Below, piece by piece: positions 1 to 11,950 of a stretch of DNA of 60,360 bases. How positions within the stretch are numbered: the stretch's first letter is position 1; every line of letters starts with the position of its first letter. Source of the DNA: Octopus sinensis (Eukaryota); NCBI RefSeq assembly GCF_006345805.1, contig NW_021829942.1, forward strand, positions 1 to 60,360, read 5' to 3'. The translations under genes were made by a program, and so were the position numbers. The notes below the pieces were generated by a model. The model saw nothing but the letters and a program-made list of their open reading frames with translations, was not told the origin of the DNA and did not search any database.

Positions 1-84
1 TAAGAGAGTCTGTGCCAGTGGAATTTAGATACTTGCATACATATCTACATATATATACACACATATATATATATATATATATAT

Positions 85-305
85 GTGGCAGAAACGTTAG
101 CACGCCGGGCGAAATGCGTAGCCGTATTTCGTCTGCCGTTACGTTCTGGGTTCAAATTCCGCCGAGGTCGACTTTGCCTTTCATCCTCTCGGGGTCGATA
201 AATTAAGTACCAGTTACGCACTGGGGTCGATGTAATCGACTTAACCCGTTTATCTGTCCTTGTTTGTCCCATCTGTGTTTAGCCCCTTGTGGGTAGTAAA
301 GAAAT
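85..305 (+). mobile_element. tRNA-headed SINE, family B (tail variant 1)
   Basis: A-box-like TGGCAGAAACG, B-box-like GGTTCAAATTCC, central GGTCGACTTTGCCTTTCATCCTCTCGGGGTCGATAAATTAAGTACC (resembles the Meta domain, from memory); more than 10 related copies in the window. Confidence 0.85.
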
Positions 306-924
306 ATATATATACACATATACATATCTACATATGTACACATGCATATAAACATATATGCTCACACACACACACACATATATATAATATATATTAGATA
401 TATAATATATATATATATATATATATACGTATATATACACACACATATATATATATACACATGCAAATATACATATATATTCACATGCACACACACACAC
501 ACACACACACATACACGCGCGCGCATACACACATATTTATATACACAAAGAACCACGCTAATAGCTTAGGAGTGAAATTTAGGATTTCTCGGTTTTCTGT
601 GAACCAATTTTGATAAAACATTTCCCAGCTGGCTTGCACACTATGGCAACATCATTGATATGTTTTCGTTATTCTGTGTAACGTCCCTTCCTGTTTTTAT
701 TTCAGATTTTTCAGTTTTTTTGGGAAAACCCCGCAAATAGCTTTTGAATGAAAATAGCCCATGTAGGCATTGTTTTCCCCCAGAAAATGAAAGGTAATGA
801 TAGATATTAAACATACATTGGTTATAGAAATCCATAATAATATTATAACATTTATTGACATAATGAATTATTTATCCACATGAGTGCCATTTTGACGGAA
901 AACTTCAAAAACATAAGACATTTT

Positions 925-1350
925 GGATCTTTTCGGTTTGAACGGCAGTTTTTAACATAATTTCTAGGTAACTAAAAATTTTTTTACTTCGTATACTGGT
1001 AGAATGTGTTTATAAAACATCTTTTTCTCTTGGCTTTATTGGGAAACTCCTATAGTTTGTAAGATATTTGGTTTTTTTCTTCAATTTATGCAATTTCAAC
1101 CAATCAAATACGTCTATTGAGGTAAAAAAAACCATTCTGTGCCGTATGAATATGTCCCTCGTTTAAGAAACAGATTGGGTTTATTTACATTTGTGAAGAA
1201 AAAAGATACCCTCCTCCCCTCCCCTAACCCTAACTAACCCTAACCCTAAAACAGATTGAAATGCAATAGATCGATACTAGGGTCATAATTATGGGTGACA
1301 ATTTCATATGACACCGCTAGAAAAAACTGCCGTTCAAACCGAAAAGATCC
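925..1350. mobile_element. Non-autonomous DNA transposon (MITE) with 29-bp TIRs, copy 1
   Basis: TIR GGATCTTTTCGGTTTGAACGGCAGTTTTT with its reverse complement at the other end; 8-bp flanks GACATTTT/GACATCTT; internal (CCCTAA)n; second copy at 28228-28648. Confidence 0.9.
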
Positions 1351-1523
1351 GACATCTTTCGACTTAAATTGGCGTCCATCGGCATAAACATCTTGTTTAA
1401 TAATGGACCTAAGATTTTCAATAGGGTTGAGGTCCGGGGATGCTGGCGGCCACACCATCAACCTTTCACCTTGTATACTCTACGGCCCTAGTAATGTTTG
1501 GTTGGTCCTAGCAAAGTCGGAGA

Positions 1524-1917
1524 GAGCATTGGTTGTGTGGTAAGTAGCTTGCTTACCAACCACATGGTTCCGGGTTCAGTCCCACTGCGTGGCACCTTGG
1601 GCAAGTGTCTTATGCTATAGCCTCGAGCCGACCAATGCCTTGTGAGTGGATTTCGTAGACGAAAACTGAAAGAAGCCTGTCGTATATATGTATATATATA
1701 TGTATTTGTGTTTGTCTGTGTTTGTCCCCCTAGCATTGCTTGACAACCGATGCTGGTGTGTTTACGTCCCCGTCACTTAGCGGTTCGGCAAAAGAGACCG
1801 ATAGAATAAGTACTGGGCTTACAAAGAATAAGTCCCGCGGTCGATTTGCTCGACTAAAGGCGGTGCTCCAGCATGGCCGCATACAAATGACAGAAACAAG
1901 TAAAAGAGTAAAAGAGT
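1524..1917 (+). mobile_element. tRNA-headed SINE, family A (CORE-like), full length
   Basis: A/B boxes, CORE-like GCACCTTGGGCAAGTGTCTT, central (TA)/(TG) tract, tail GGCGGTGCTCCAGCATGGCCGCA...GAAACAAGTAAAAGAG; inserted in the Tc1 remnant. Confidence 0.9.
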
Positions 1918-2554
1918 ATGTCATCTAGCCAGGAATCCAAGACTTCCTTCAGGAGACTGCCGCAGCGAATGCAGATACTTTGACCCCTTCATGCACCCGG
2001 AATGCGTCAAAAAGTCTGTCCCCAATGACACCAGTCCAAAATATGAAACATCCACCCTGTTGTTGACGTTGTAAACGTTGGTGACGCTCATCTTCAAACT
2101 AGACCCAACCATTTGCCCAACTGTCAGGTCCGTCAAGGTTCTCCCTGGTTTCGTCAGTGAACAGAACACAACTCATATCTAACGTCAGGTATGTTTGGGC
2201 CCATTGAAACCTGAAACACCTGTGACGGGACGTTAAAGGAAGCAGTTGCAGGGGTTCTAGCACGGAAGCCATGACCCCGAGGGTGCGATTTCTGGTACTT
2301 TTCGGTACACGAGGAAGTCTGGCTTTGCTTTCTTGTCCAGGTTCCCGCGTAACTTGCGGCCAATATTCCTTTCATCCCTGGCTGGCACAGTCTTGGAGTC
2401 TCACAATCGGGTCGTTTCTTCTTTGGCGAAGGGTCGTTCGGGAATCGTCTAACTGTGTCCACATGACGACCTAACTTCTCCGCAATGGCATGAAGAGAAG
2501 TGCCTTTAACACTCTCCTTGACAAACCTTTCTTCGTCGTTAAGGCCTTAGCCAC

Positions 2555-2805
2555 GTCCCATTGTTTGTCCCCTCTATGTTTAGCCCCTTGTAGGCAATAA
2601 AGAAATAAGAAACGTTAGCAAGCCGGGCGAAATGTTTAGTGGCATTTTGTCTTTCTTTATGTTCTGAGTTCAAATTCCGCCGAGTTCGACTTAGCATTTC
2701 ACCCTTTCGAGATCGATAAATTAAGTACCATTTCCGTACTGGGGTTAATCTAATCGACGGTCCCTTTCCCCAAATATTTCGGATCTTGTGCCTAGAGTAG
2801 AAAAG
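2555..2805 (+). mobile_element. Family B SINE tail (variant 1) joined to a family B SINE (tail variant 2)
   Basis: TTTAGCCCCTTGTAGGCAATAAAGAAATAA followed directly by GAAACGTTAGC and the family B body. Confidence 0.75.
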
Positions 2806-2895
2806 TTTGGATGTGTTTGTGTGCGTGTGACATTATGTCTGGTATCTGTCCCCACCACCATCGCTTGAAAACCTATGTCAGTGTGTCTATGAGTA

Positions 2896-2980
2896 GGCGG
2901 CGAGCTGGCAGAAACGTTAGCGCGCCGGGCGAAATGTGTAGCCGTATTTCGTCTGCCGTTACGTTGTGAGTTCAAATTCC
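2896..2980 (+). mobile_element. Family B SINE, 5' head only
   Basis: GGCGGCGAGCTGGCAGAAACGTTAGC...GAGTTCAAATTCCG, then truncated. Confidence 0.8.
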
Positions 2981-3600
2981 GATACGAGGACAGACAAAGC
3001 AAACATTGGGGTCAGGGTATCGAATGAGACAGAACGTATGAATAAACAAACAATTAAAATATATACTCGTAAGCCCTTAAGGCTTCACCCACCCACTGTA
3101 GGTGCTCGACCCGGGATACGATGTCTTTCCGCACTCTTGATCATTGTTGATTGTTCCCTGGCTTTTTCTTCGCTAGGGAAACGCACCCCTACAGTGCCGA
3201 GCGACTACTTCTCGTTATATAACTTGTCTGTTGCCATATCGGCTTCAAGCATTTTTCTATTGCTTCCCTCGGCACGAAGTCAATTTTTCTATTTTTCAAA
3301 TGGTACGTCTTATATATCAAAGTTTTTCTCTCCGTCGCATTAATTAATTCACTGGGAGGGAGCAACGTCACATTATCACCTTCTTTTTTGAGTAGTCCTT
3401 GGAATTTCTTCAAATCTTCTTTTGTTTATTACGATGTTTTCACAGAGGCGAGTTGCTGCACTCGCAAAATTAATTTTTGATTTTTCCTCTTGTTTAGCCT
3501 CGCTAGACATTTTGTCGTCTGCTTTTGTAACGAGCACGTGAGTCGCCTCTATGCCTTTACCTTCCTCCTCCCTCACACTGTATGTATTTTCTTTTCTTCT
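2981..3600 (-). pseudogene. ORF1p-like retroelement fragment without ORF2
   Basis: Frameshifted translation KKEGDNVTLLPPSEL...IEKCL...TR/GTVGVRFPSEEKAREQST aligns by eye with ORF 43632-44093. Confidence 0.6.
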
Positions 3601-3614
3601 TTTTTATTCGTTTA

Positions 3615-3839
3615 TTTGTTTGTCATTTGACAGCGGCCAAGCTGGAGCACCGTCTTTAGTCGAGCAAATCGACCCCAGGACTTATTCTTTGTAAGCCTAG
3701 TACTTATTCGATCGGTCTCTGTTGCCGAACCGTTAAGTGATGGGGACGTAAACACACCAGCATCGGTTGTCAAGCGATGTTGGAGGGGACACAGACACAC
3801 AAAAATATACATACCGACACATCCATCCATCCATCCATC

Positions 3840-3876
<37 letters not shown>

Positions 3877-4027
3877 GGCGAGCTTCTTTCAGTTTCCGTC
3901 TACCAAATCCACCACAAGGCTTTGGTCGGCCCGAGGCTATAGTAGAAGACACTTTCCCAAGGTTCCACGGAGTGGGACTAAACCCGAAACCATGTGGTTG
4001 ATAAGCAAGGTACTTACCACACAGCCT
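3615..4027 (-). mobile_element. Family A SINE, full length
   Basis: Reverse complement of the head (4027-3875), microsatellite linker and tail (3790-3615). Confidence 0.88.
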
Positions 4028-4029
4028 CA

Positions 4030-4120
4030 ATTCAGTTTTACTTCAAGATTTCTTGCCATTAGAGAAAGAGCCGGTTTCTAACCTAGATCCATGGTTCCTT
4101 CATTACAATTTCAACATCAG
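4030..4120 (+). repeat. Short interspersed repeat, also present inverted at 10630-10745
   Basis: GATTTCTTG(C/T)CA(T/A)TAGAGAAAGAGCCGG(T/A)TTCTAACCT shared by both sites. Confidence 0.6.
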
Positions 4121-4301
4121 TAGAATATTTTCTTACATATGTATGTATAGGTACAGAATTGTATGATTTGTGTTATATATGTATTTTCATGCATATAACT
4201 GCATGTCTATACATGCTCATATATACTTCAATGATAAACTTCTGAAAAGTTTTACGTATGTATGTATGTATGTATGTATGTATGTATGTATGTATGTATG
4301 C

Positions 4302-4334
<33 letters not shown>

Positions 4335-4369
4335 TGTATGTATGTATGTATGTATGCATGTGAGCGTGA

Positions 4370-4860
4370 ATGCGTGTTTGTTTGTATGTAAGTGTGTGCC
4401 TTTGTATTTGTCCCGCCAACGCTTGTCAAGCGGAGTTAGTTTGTTTATGTCGACATAACGGCTCGGCAAAGAGATTGGTAGGCTAAGTAACAGATTTTGA
4501 AAATAAAGCGGCGAGCTGGCAGAAACGTTAGCACGCCGGGCGAAATGCTTAGCGGTATTTCGTCTGTCTTTTAGTTCTGTGTTCAAATTCCGCCGAGGTT
4601 AACTTTGCCTTTCATCCTTTCGGGGTCGATAAATTAAGTACCGGTTGTGTACTGGGGTTGATCTAATCGACTATCGCCCTCCCCCAAAATTCCGGACTGG
4701 TGGCTAGAGTAGAAAAAACCAAAAAAAGTAACATATTTTGAAAATATATAAGCGCTGGGTTCGATTTGTCCGAGTAAAAGCCCTCAAGGCGTTGCTCCAG
4801 CATGGCCGCAATCCAATGGATGAAACTAGTAAATAATAATGATAACAGAGAATTATAGTC
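4370..4860 (+). mobile_element. Decayed family A-like SINE tail interrupted by a family B SINE (4508-4718)
   Basis: Tail motifs flank a full GCGGCGAGCTGGCAGAAACG...GTAGAAAAA copy. Confidence 0.7.
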
Positions 4861-4889
4861 ACTGATATACACGAATAAACAGGATTGAT

Positions 4890-4955
4890 ACCGTTGGAAT
4901 TCTTTTGATCACGGATCGATACGTTCGATCAGAGCTGACCTGGGCTAAACAATAA
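4890..4955 (-). repeat. Short interspersed repeat, related copy at ~13190-13250 (+)
   Basis: Shared approximate TTTA(G/A)CCCAGGTCAG...GATCAA...ATTCCA motif. Confidence 0.4.
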
Positions 4956-5329
4956 TGTTTCGAGCATAAATACGAGGCCTCATATTTAGTGGCATGGGTT
5001 TGGTCAGTTATATCGATCCAGTACTTAAATAGTACTTCATTTTATCGATCCTTAAAAGATGAAAGACAAAGCTGACCGCGGCGGAATTTGTTGTTAGAAG
5101 TTAAAGAACAGGAAGGAATAAACAACACAAGGTTCTTTGTCCGACGCCTTTCTGATTCAGACACATTTGATACGAGGACCCTTCAAATTGGTTCTACTCA
5201 GAATTAACGTGCAAGTGTCTGAGTATATCACAGAGTCGTAGAATTAAGCTTAATGTAAACACTCACGCCAAATCGGCCTGAGACAGACAATATGTAAAAA
5301 AGGTTTTCATCTTGGAATTAAACCTATAA

Positions 5330-5410
5330 TCGACAGACAGACAGACAGACAACAGACAGACATACAGGCACACAGACACACAGACAGATAGACAGAAAGA
5401 CAGACAGACG

Positions 5411-5477
<67 letters not shown>

Positions 5478-5490
5478 GGATGGATGGATG

Positions 5491-5548
<58 letters not shown>

Positions 5549-5808
5549 TAGATACATGGATGGATGGATAGATAGACAGAAAGACAGACAGATAAATAGA
5601 TACATACATGCATACATACATACATACAACATACATACATACATACATACATACATACATACATACATACATAGACAGACAAAGAGATAGATGTATGTAT
5701 GTATGGATGGATGAATATATATATACGTACATACATACATACATACAGACAGACAGACAGACAGACATTGCTGGATGTATGGATAGATAGATAGATAGAT
5801 AGATAGAG

Positions 5809-5878
<70 letters not shown>

Positions 5879-5880
5879 TG
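5330..5880. repeat. Compound tetranucleotide microsatellite (GACA/GATA/GGAT/TACA)
   Basis: Visible directly; explains the [12 protein letters not shown] ORFs. Confidence 0.95.
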
Positions 5881-5957
5881 TGCGTGTGTGTGTCTGTGTG
5901 TGTGTGCGCGCGCACATATGTGTGTGTTAGTGCGTATTTGTGTGTGTATATGTGGCA

Positions 5958-5988
<31 letters not shown>

Positions 5989-6980
5989 ATTGGAGGAGAG
6001 ACACACAGCGAAGCAGACAGAGAAGAATCGATCTTCGGTACTAGGTTAATAGTATATTTATCAAACTTTCGAATGGATGAAGGGAATCTGATACCAACCA
6101 GCGAGAGAAACAGAAACAGACAGACAGACAGACAGACAGTATCAGAGAGAGAGAGAGGGAGAGAGAGAGATGGGGAGAAAAGGGAGCAGAAATCGGAAAC
6201 AATTCCATAAGGCCTTTCTATCCGACGCCCTAACAATTTTGCCAGTTTGCTACCTTAGGTCTAAAACAGACGTCTGCCATACAATAACAATGAAAAAGGC
6301 TTTCAATCGTATCTGCCATCCACTTACACAGTTAATACCGCTACAGATATTACAATATTAATAACAAATTTCAAAGGTTGATGGCAATAAAAACCGACGC
6401 CATCTTATTAATCTTCTCTTCGCCCCCACTCATAAGGATAATGTATCAGTCAGGACGAGGTATGGAGAGAGGGAAAGAGGGAGAGAGATGGGGAGAGAGA
6501 GAAAGAGAGAGAGAGAGAGACAGACAGCCCCATCACCGCAACACAACCACCGCCACCGGTCCCCTTTTTGGAAGCATAAACGCTGCAAACAATACCAAAG
6601 GCTGGGATTGGTCTTTGTCGAACAGAACCACCGGCAAATGTTATGATGCCATTCTTTATACTTTTTTTACTCAGTTTGATGATGATGATGATGATGATGA
6701 TGGCGGTGATGGTGGGTGGTGATGGTGGTGATGGTGGTGCTGGTGGTGGCGTTTTCATGTTGTTGTTGTTGTTGTTGTTGTTGGTAGTGGTGGTGGTGGT
6801 GGTGGTGGTGGTGGTGGTGAACCATTATGATGGACCTTGCATCGGTTTCTGCAATGACTGTTCCTGTTGATCGATCGAGAAAATTAATTACTCATTCAAT
6901 TACTGCGTAATGTATTCCTCAGACAGACATTTGAACCTTGACGTAAATATATATATATATGTGTGTGGTGTGTGTGTGTG

Positions 6981-7025
<45 letters not shown>

Positions 7026-7389
7026 AATGTGTATATATACACACATACATGTGAACACACATATAAAAATGCATATGCCGAAAGAAATATATATATATAT
7101 ATACATTGTATATATCAAACATGTTTACCCATATGCACATTTGTATACATGTATATACACACACACATATATGTGCGTGTGTGAGTGTGTGTGCCCGCGC
7201 CTGCGCATTGTTCTTTTACACTTTTATCTGGTTACTTGCAGTCATTGGAGTAAAACCATGCCTGGGTACTGCCATGAAACATTGAATCAATTAGTTCAAA
7301 CCTAGTTTATATTTTATGCTTCTTATTTCCCAACAGCTATGTGAGAGGGATGTAATCAAACCAACATGGAGATAACGACTCAGCAACAC

Positions 7390-7440
7390 TCACACATATA
7401 TATATAGATTTATATGTAGATATATATGTGTATAGATATG

Positions 7441-7479
<39 letters not shown>

Positions 7480-7527
7480 TAATTGTATATATATATATAT
7501 ATGTATATATATATGTATATATATATG

Positions 7528-7558
<31 letters not shown>

Positions 7559-7655
7559 GTTATATATATATATGTATTATATTATGTATATAATATATGT
7601 ATGTATATAATATAATGTTATATATATATAATAGTAAATGTATATATATATTATG

Positions 7656-7686
<31 letters not shown>

Positions 7687-7730
7687 GTATATATTATATG
7701 TATATATATTATATAGTAGATATTATATAT

Positions 7731-7767
<37 letters not shown>

Positions 7768-7778
7768 GTATGTATATG

Positions 7779-7810
<32 letters not shown>

Positions 7811-8190
7811 TATGTATATAATATATATATGTATATATATACATATATATATATGTAATATATATAATGTAATAGATATATGTATATATATACATATAAT
7901 ATGTATATATATAATATATATATATGTATAGTATATATAATGTAATATTATATATATATGTATATATATGTATATATATATGTATATATATATGTTATAA
8001 TATATGTATAATATATGGTATATGTATATATATATGTATATATATATATATGTATATATATATTATATATGTCTATTATATATATCTATATATATTATGT
8101 ATATATATATATATTATGTATATATTACATACATATATATATAAATATGCATGTATATAATATGTATATTTATATATGTATATATATACA
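7390..8190. repeat. ~800-bp degenerate (AT)n tract
   Basis: Visible directly. Confidence 0.95.
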
Positions 8191-8194
8191 CATT

Positions 8195-8362
8195 TTTTTC
8201 TCTCCTTGTTTTTTCTGTGTCCCTTTCTGTAGAAGAGCGTAGGCTCGAAACGTAATAGACTTTTTCTATTCCTGAGCGTTAAACTAATACAGCTGTTTGT
8301 TTTGTACACCACCTGTACTTGTCGTCTTTTTTTTTTTTTTCGTAAACTCTCCCTATATATAT
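8195..8362 (+). mobile_element. Short non-coding element with hammerhead-like motif (copy 1 of 4)
   Basis: TTT CTGTAGA A GAGC GTAG GCTC GAAAC GTA at 8224-8254; homologues at 8960-9162, 41995-42200 and 52015-52180. Confidence 0.7.
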
Positions 8363-8463
8363 ATACATATATATATATATATAACACAACACGCCGCCCG
8401 GTCCGGGACTCAAGCTCACAACCTCGCACTCTAACCACTGAAACATGCGCCTTCACTAAATAA

Positions 8464-8521
<58 letters not shown>

Positions 8522-8589
8522 CAACGCACGAAAATCTCGGACCCTGTGTCACTTTGTTGCTTCTGCTAAATATTACTAAATAAGTATAT

Positions 8590-8914
8590 TCTGAGACACC
8601 CTTCGGTCACGACACAGACCATGGGATAACACCTAGAAAGTTACCCTCCCAGGCACAAGTCCGGGCAAGATTGTTTTATGGAAGGCCATCAGTCACCCAT
8701 GCATACCAGCCTCCCCACTCCACGCCACCAGTGCTATCCAAGGGATAGGCAAAAGCCGATACAGCTTGGCACTTGTGACTTCGCAACTCATTTCTACAGC
8801 TGAGTGAACTGGAGCAATGTGAAATAAAGTGTCTTGCTCAAGAACACAACACGCAACCCGGTCTGGAATTCGAGCTCACAACCTCACACTCTAACCACTG
8901 AACCATGCGCCTTC
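8590..8914 (-). mobile_element. tRNA-headed SINE, family D, with 15-bp TSD
   Basis: Head TGAAGGCGCATGGTTCAGTGG, body GTGTTCTTGAGCAAGACACTTTATTTCAC; flanked by ACTAAATAAGTATAT at 8575-8589 and 8915-8929. Confidence 0.85.
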
Positions 8915-8923
8915 ACTAAATAA

Positions 8924-8959
<36 letters not shown>

Positions 8960-8960
<1 letters not shown>

Positions 8961-9159
8961 GCCATGATAGATGGTAGCCACTACACACATTTTTTTCTCT
9001 CCATATTTCTCTTCTCTATGTTTTCTCTCTGTGTTCCTTTCGTGGAAGAGCGTAGGCTCGAAACGGAAAAGACTTTTTCAATTCCCAAGCGTTATACTAA
9101 TACTCGTTTGTTTTCTACATCACCTGTCTTCGTCTTTTGTTTTTCTCTCGTGAATACTC

Positions 9160-9162
<3 letters not shown>
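8960..9162 (+). mobile_element. Short non-coding element with degenerate hammerhead-like motif (copy 2)
   Basis: GAAGAGCGTAGGCTCGAAACG at ~9045-9065; core decayed. Confidence 0.65.
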
Positions 9163-9200
<38 letters not shown>

Positions 9201-9232
9201 TATATACATACATACATCATGCATACATATAT

Positions 9233-9396
9233 ACGACGGGCTTCTTTCAGTTTCCGTCTACCAAATCTACTCACAATGTTTTGGTCGGCCCGAAGGTATA
9301 GTAGAAGACACATGCCCAAGGTACAACGCAATGGTACTGAACCCGGAACCATGTGGTTGGTAGGCAAGCTACTTACCACACTGCCACTCCTGCGCC
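9233..9396 (-). mobile_element. Family A SINE, head and CORE half
   Basis: Reverse complement of GGCGCAGGAGTGGCAGTGTGGTAAG...GAAAGAAGCCCGTCG. Confidence 0.85.
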
Positions 9397-9429
9397 TATA
9401 CTAAACTATTGAGAAATTTACAGCCACTC

Positions 9430-9600
9430 CAACAATATGACACAATTAGATTTATACTCGTAACTACCGGAGTACTTAGAATATGTAAGCAGCTCTCTCA
9501 GCACCATGCTTGAGAAATTATGGTTCTCCAAACCAGAATATTAGGTTCGGGTCATGAAGGAAACTGTCAAATTATGTAAAATTTTCTATAAGTTTACCGT
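9430..9600 (+). pseudogene. Possible C-terminal fragment of an RLE-type non-LTR retrotransposon ORF
   Basis: Frameshifted IRFILVTTGVLR / LEKLWFSKPE / ETVKLCKIFYKF resembles RLE C-termini as I recall them (FIPVxxGALG...GTVKICKTFLKF); unverified. Confidence 0.4.
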
Positions 9601-9609
9601 ATCTTTCAT

Positions 9610-10110
<501 letters not shown>

Positions 10111-10180
10111 AAACATACAATTGCATGTAAGATTATGCGTATAACGCATACAACGGTTCCAAATACTTCCACATGCTATA

Positions 10181-10345
10181 GGCCCGGGAGTGGCTGTGTG
10201 GTAAGTAGCTTGCTAACGAACCACATGGTTCCGGGTTCAGTCCCACTGCGTGGCTTCTTGGGCAAGTGTCTTCTGCTATAGCCCCGGGCCGACCAATGCC
10301 TTGTGAGTGGATTTGGTAGACGGAAACTGAAAGAAGCCTGTCGTT

Positions 10346-10377
<32 letters not shown>

Positions 10378-10625
10378 CATATATATGTATGTGTGTGTGT
10401 GTGTTTGTGTGTCTAAGTTTGTCCCCCTAGCATTGCTTGACAACCAATGCTGGTGTGTTTACGACCCCGTCACTTAGCGGTTCGGCAAAAGAGACCGATA
10501 GAATAAGTACTGGGCTTCCAAAGAATAAGTCCCGGGGTCGATTTTCTCGACTAAAGGCGGTGCTCCAGCATGGCCGCAGTCAAATGACTGAAACAAGTAA
10601 AAAGAGTAAAAAGAGTAAAGAGTAT
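10181..10625 (+). mobile_element. Family A SINE, full length
   Basis: Near-consensus head, CORE-like segment, linker and (GAGTAAAAA) tail. Confidence 0.92.
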
Positions 10626-11009
10626 GTACACACATACATACCAAAAACCACTGTTGTTGATGTTGTTGAAATTCCAATGAAGGACCCTTGGATCCAGGTT
10701 AGAATCCGGCTCTTTCTCTATTGACAAGAAATCTAGTAACAAAACTAAATATTAAAGTATATAAAGAAAAACAAAAAAGATAATATTGGGTGTGGAAGGT
10801 CGAATGACTGAAAACGTGAATGAATGAAAGAATGGTTGAAGAAATGAAAAAGAAGGAAGAATAGAAAGAATGCCGTTCGTTGATTATTGCTTGTGTAGGG
10901 TTGTTCAAAATTAGCCTACCCTACCTCAGTTCATGTAATTTGTGCTAATTAAAGGGACATGTCATCAGACAACACGACGGCTAGATGACGTCATCATCAA
11001 TGGAGTGCA

Positions 11010-11234
11010 CGCTAATAGTAGTAGTAGTTGTAGTAGTAGTGGTGTTGTGTGGTGGGTGTGGTGGTGGTGGTAGTAGTAGTAGTATAGTAGTAGGTGGTGG
11101 TGGTGGTGGTGGTGGTAGTAGTAGTAGTAGTATTAGTGGTTGTGGTGGTGGTGGTGGTAGTAGTAGTAGTAGAAGTAGTAGGAGTGGTGGTGGTGGTGGT
11201 GGTGGTGGTAGTAGTAGTAGTAGTAGTGGTGGTG

Positions 11235-11329
<95 letters not shown>

Positions 11330-11950
11330 CCTTGTTGCTGTTGTTCCTGCTGCTGCTATTCCTGCTGTTTCGTTTTAGACCAAAAGTGAACCCCAAGTGG
11401 GCAGAACAATGTCCAGAGGCTTCCCATCCGTGACCATACTGCATATTTTGTTTTTAATGCATTTTATATATAGGGTTATACTAAACAGTTGGCAAGGGGG
11501 GGGGGCTTTCTCTTTACCTCACCTCTACTACCACCACCACAACCACCACCACCATCATCATCATCATCATCGTCATCATTACCATCGTTATTACGGCGAA
11601 GATGATTAAAGTACTGTTTGTGTAGTGGTCTACCTGTTAGTATGGTGACTGTAGTGGTGATGGTAGGTTTGTGTTCGTGGTGGTGGCGGAAGTAATTTTG
11701 GCTTTGTTGGTGGTGATATGTTTAGGGGTAGCGGTGGTGGTAGTAGTGTTGGGGGAGGTGGCGGCGGAGGTGGCGGCGTTATTGGTTGTTGGATGTGTTG
11801 TAGCCTTCTTTAATCGCGTTGACAGTAGTTGTAGTAGTGGTGATGCTAGTAACCGCGGTTGCAGTGGCGATGATGATATTAGCGATTCTGATGGCGGTGG
11901 TAATGGTGGTGGTGGTGGTAATGGTGGTGGTGGTGGTGGTGGTGGTAGAG
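11010..11950. repeat. (GTA/GGT/CAT)n trinucleotide tracts
   Basis: Visible directly; source of poly-V/S/G/Y/H ORFs. Confidence 0.9.

Larger units (their letters stand above)
573..2545 (-). pseudogene. Fragmented Tc1-like DNA transposon (DDE transposase remnant) interrupted by a SINE and a MITE
   Basis: Minus-strand translation gives HTH-like SLHAIAEKLGRHVDTVRRF (~2490-2440), VLFTDETRENLDGPDSW (FTDE at 2150-2161), WPPASPDLNPIENL (1414-1452) and C-terminal FEVFRQNGTHVDK*; stops and frameshifts throughout; left boundary uncertain. Confidence 0.85.

Noticed and set aside
1220-1248. (CCCTAA)n as an interstitial telomere or fusion scar
   Set aside because: Only a few units, and present at the same position inside both MITE copies
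5263-6236. Long ORFs of 197-309 aa
   Set aside because: Translations of GATA/GACA/TACA microsatellites
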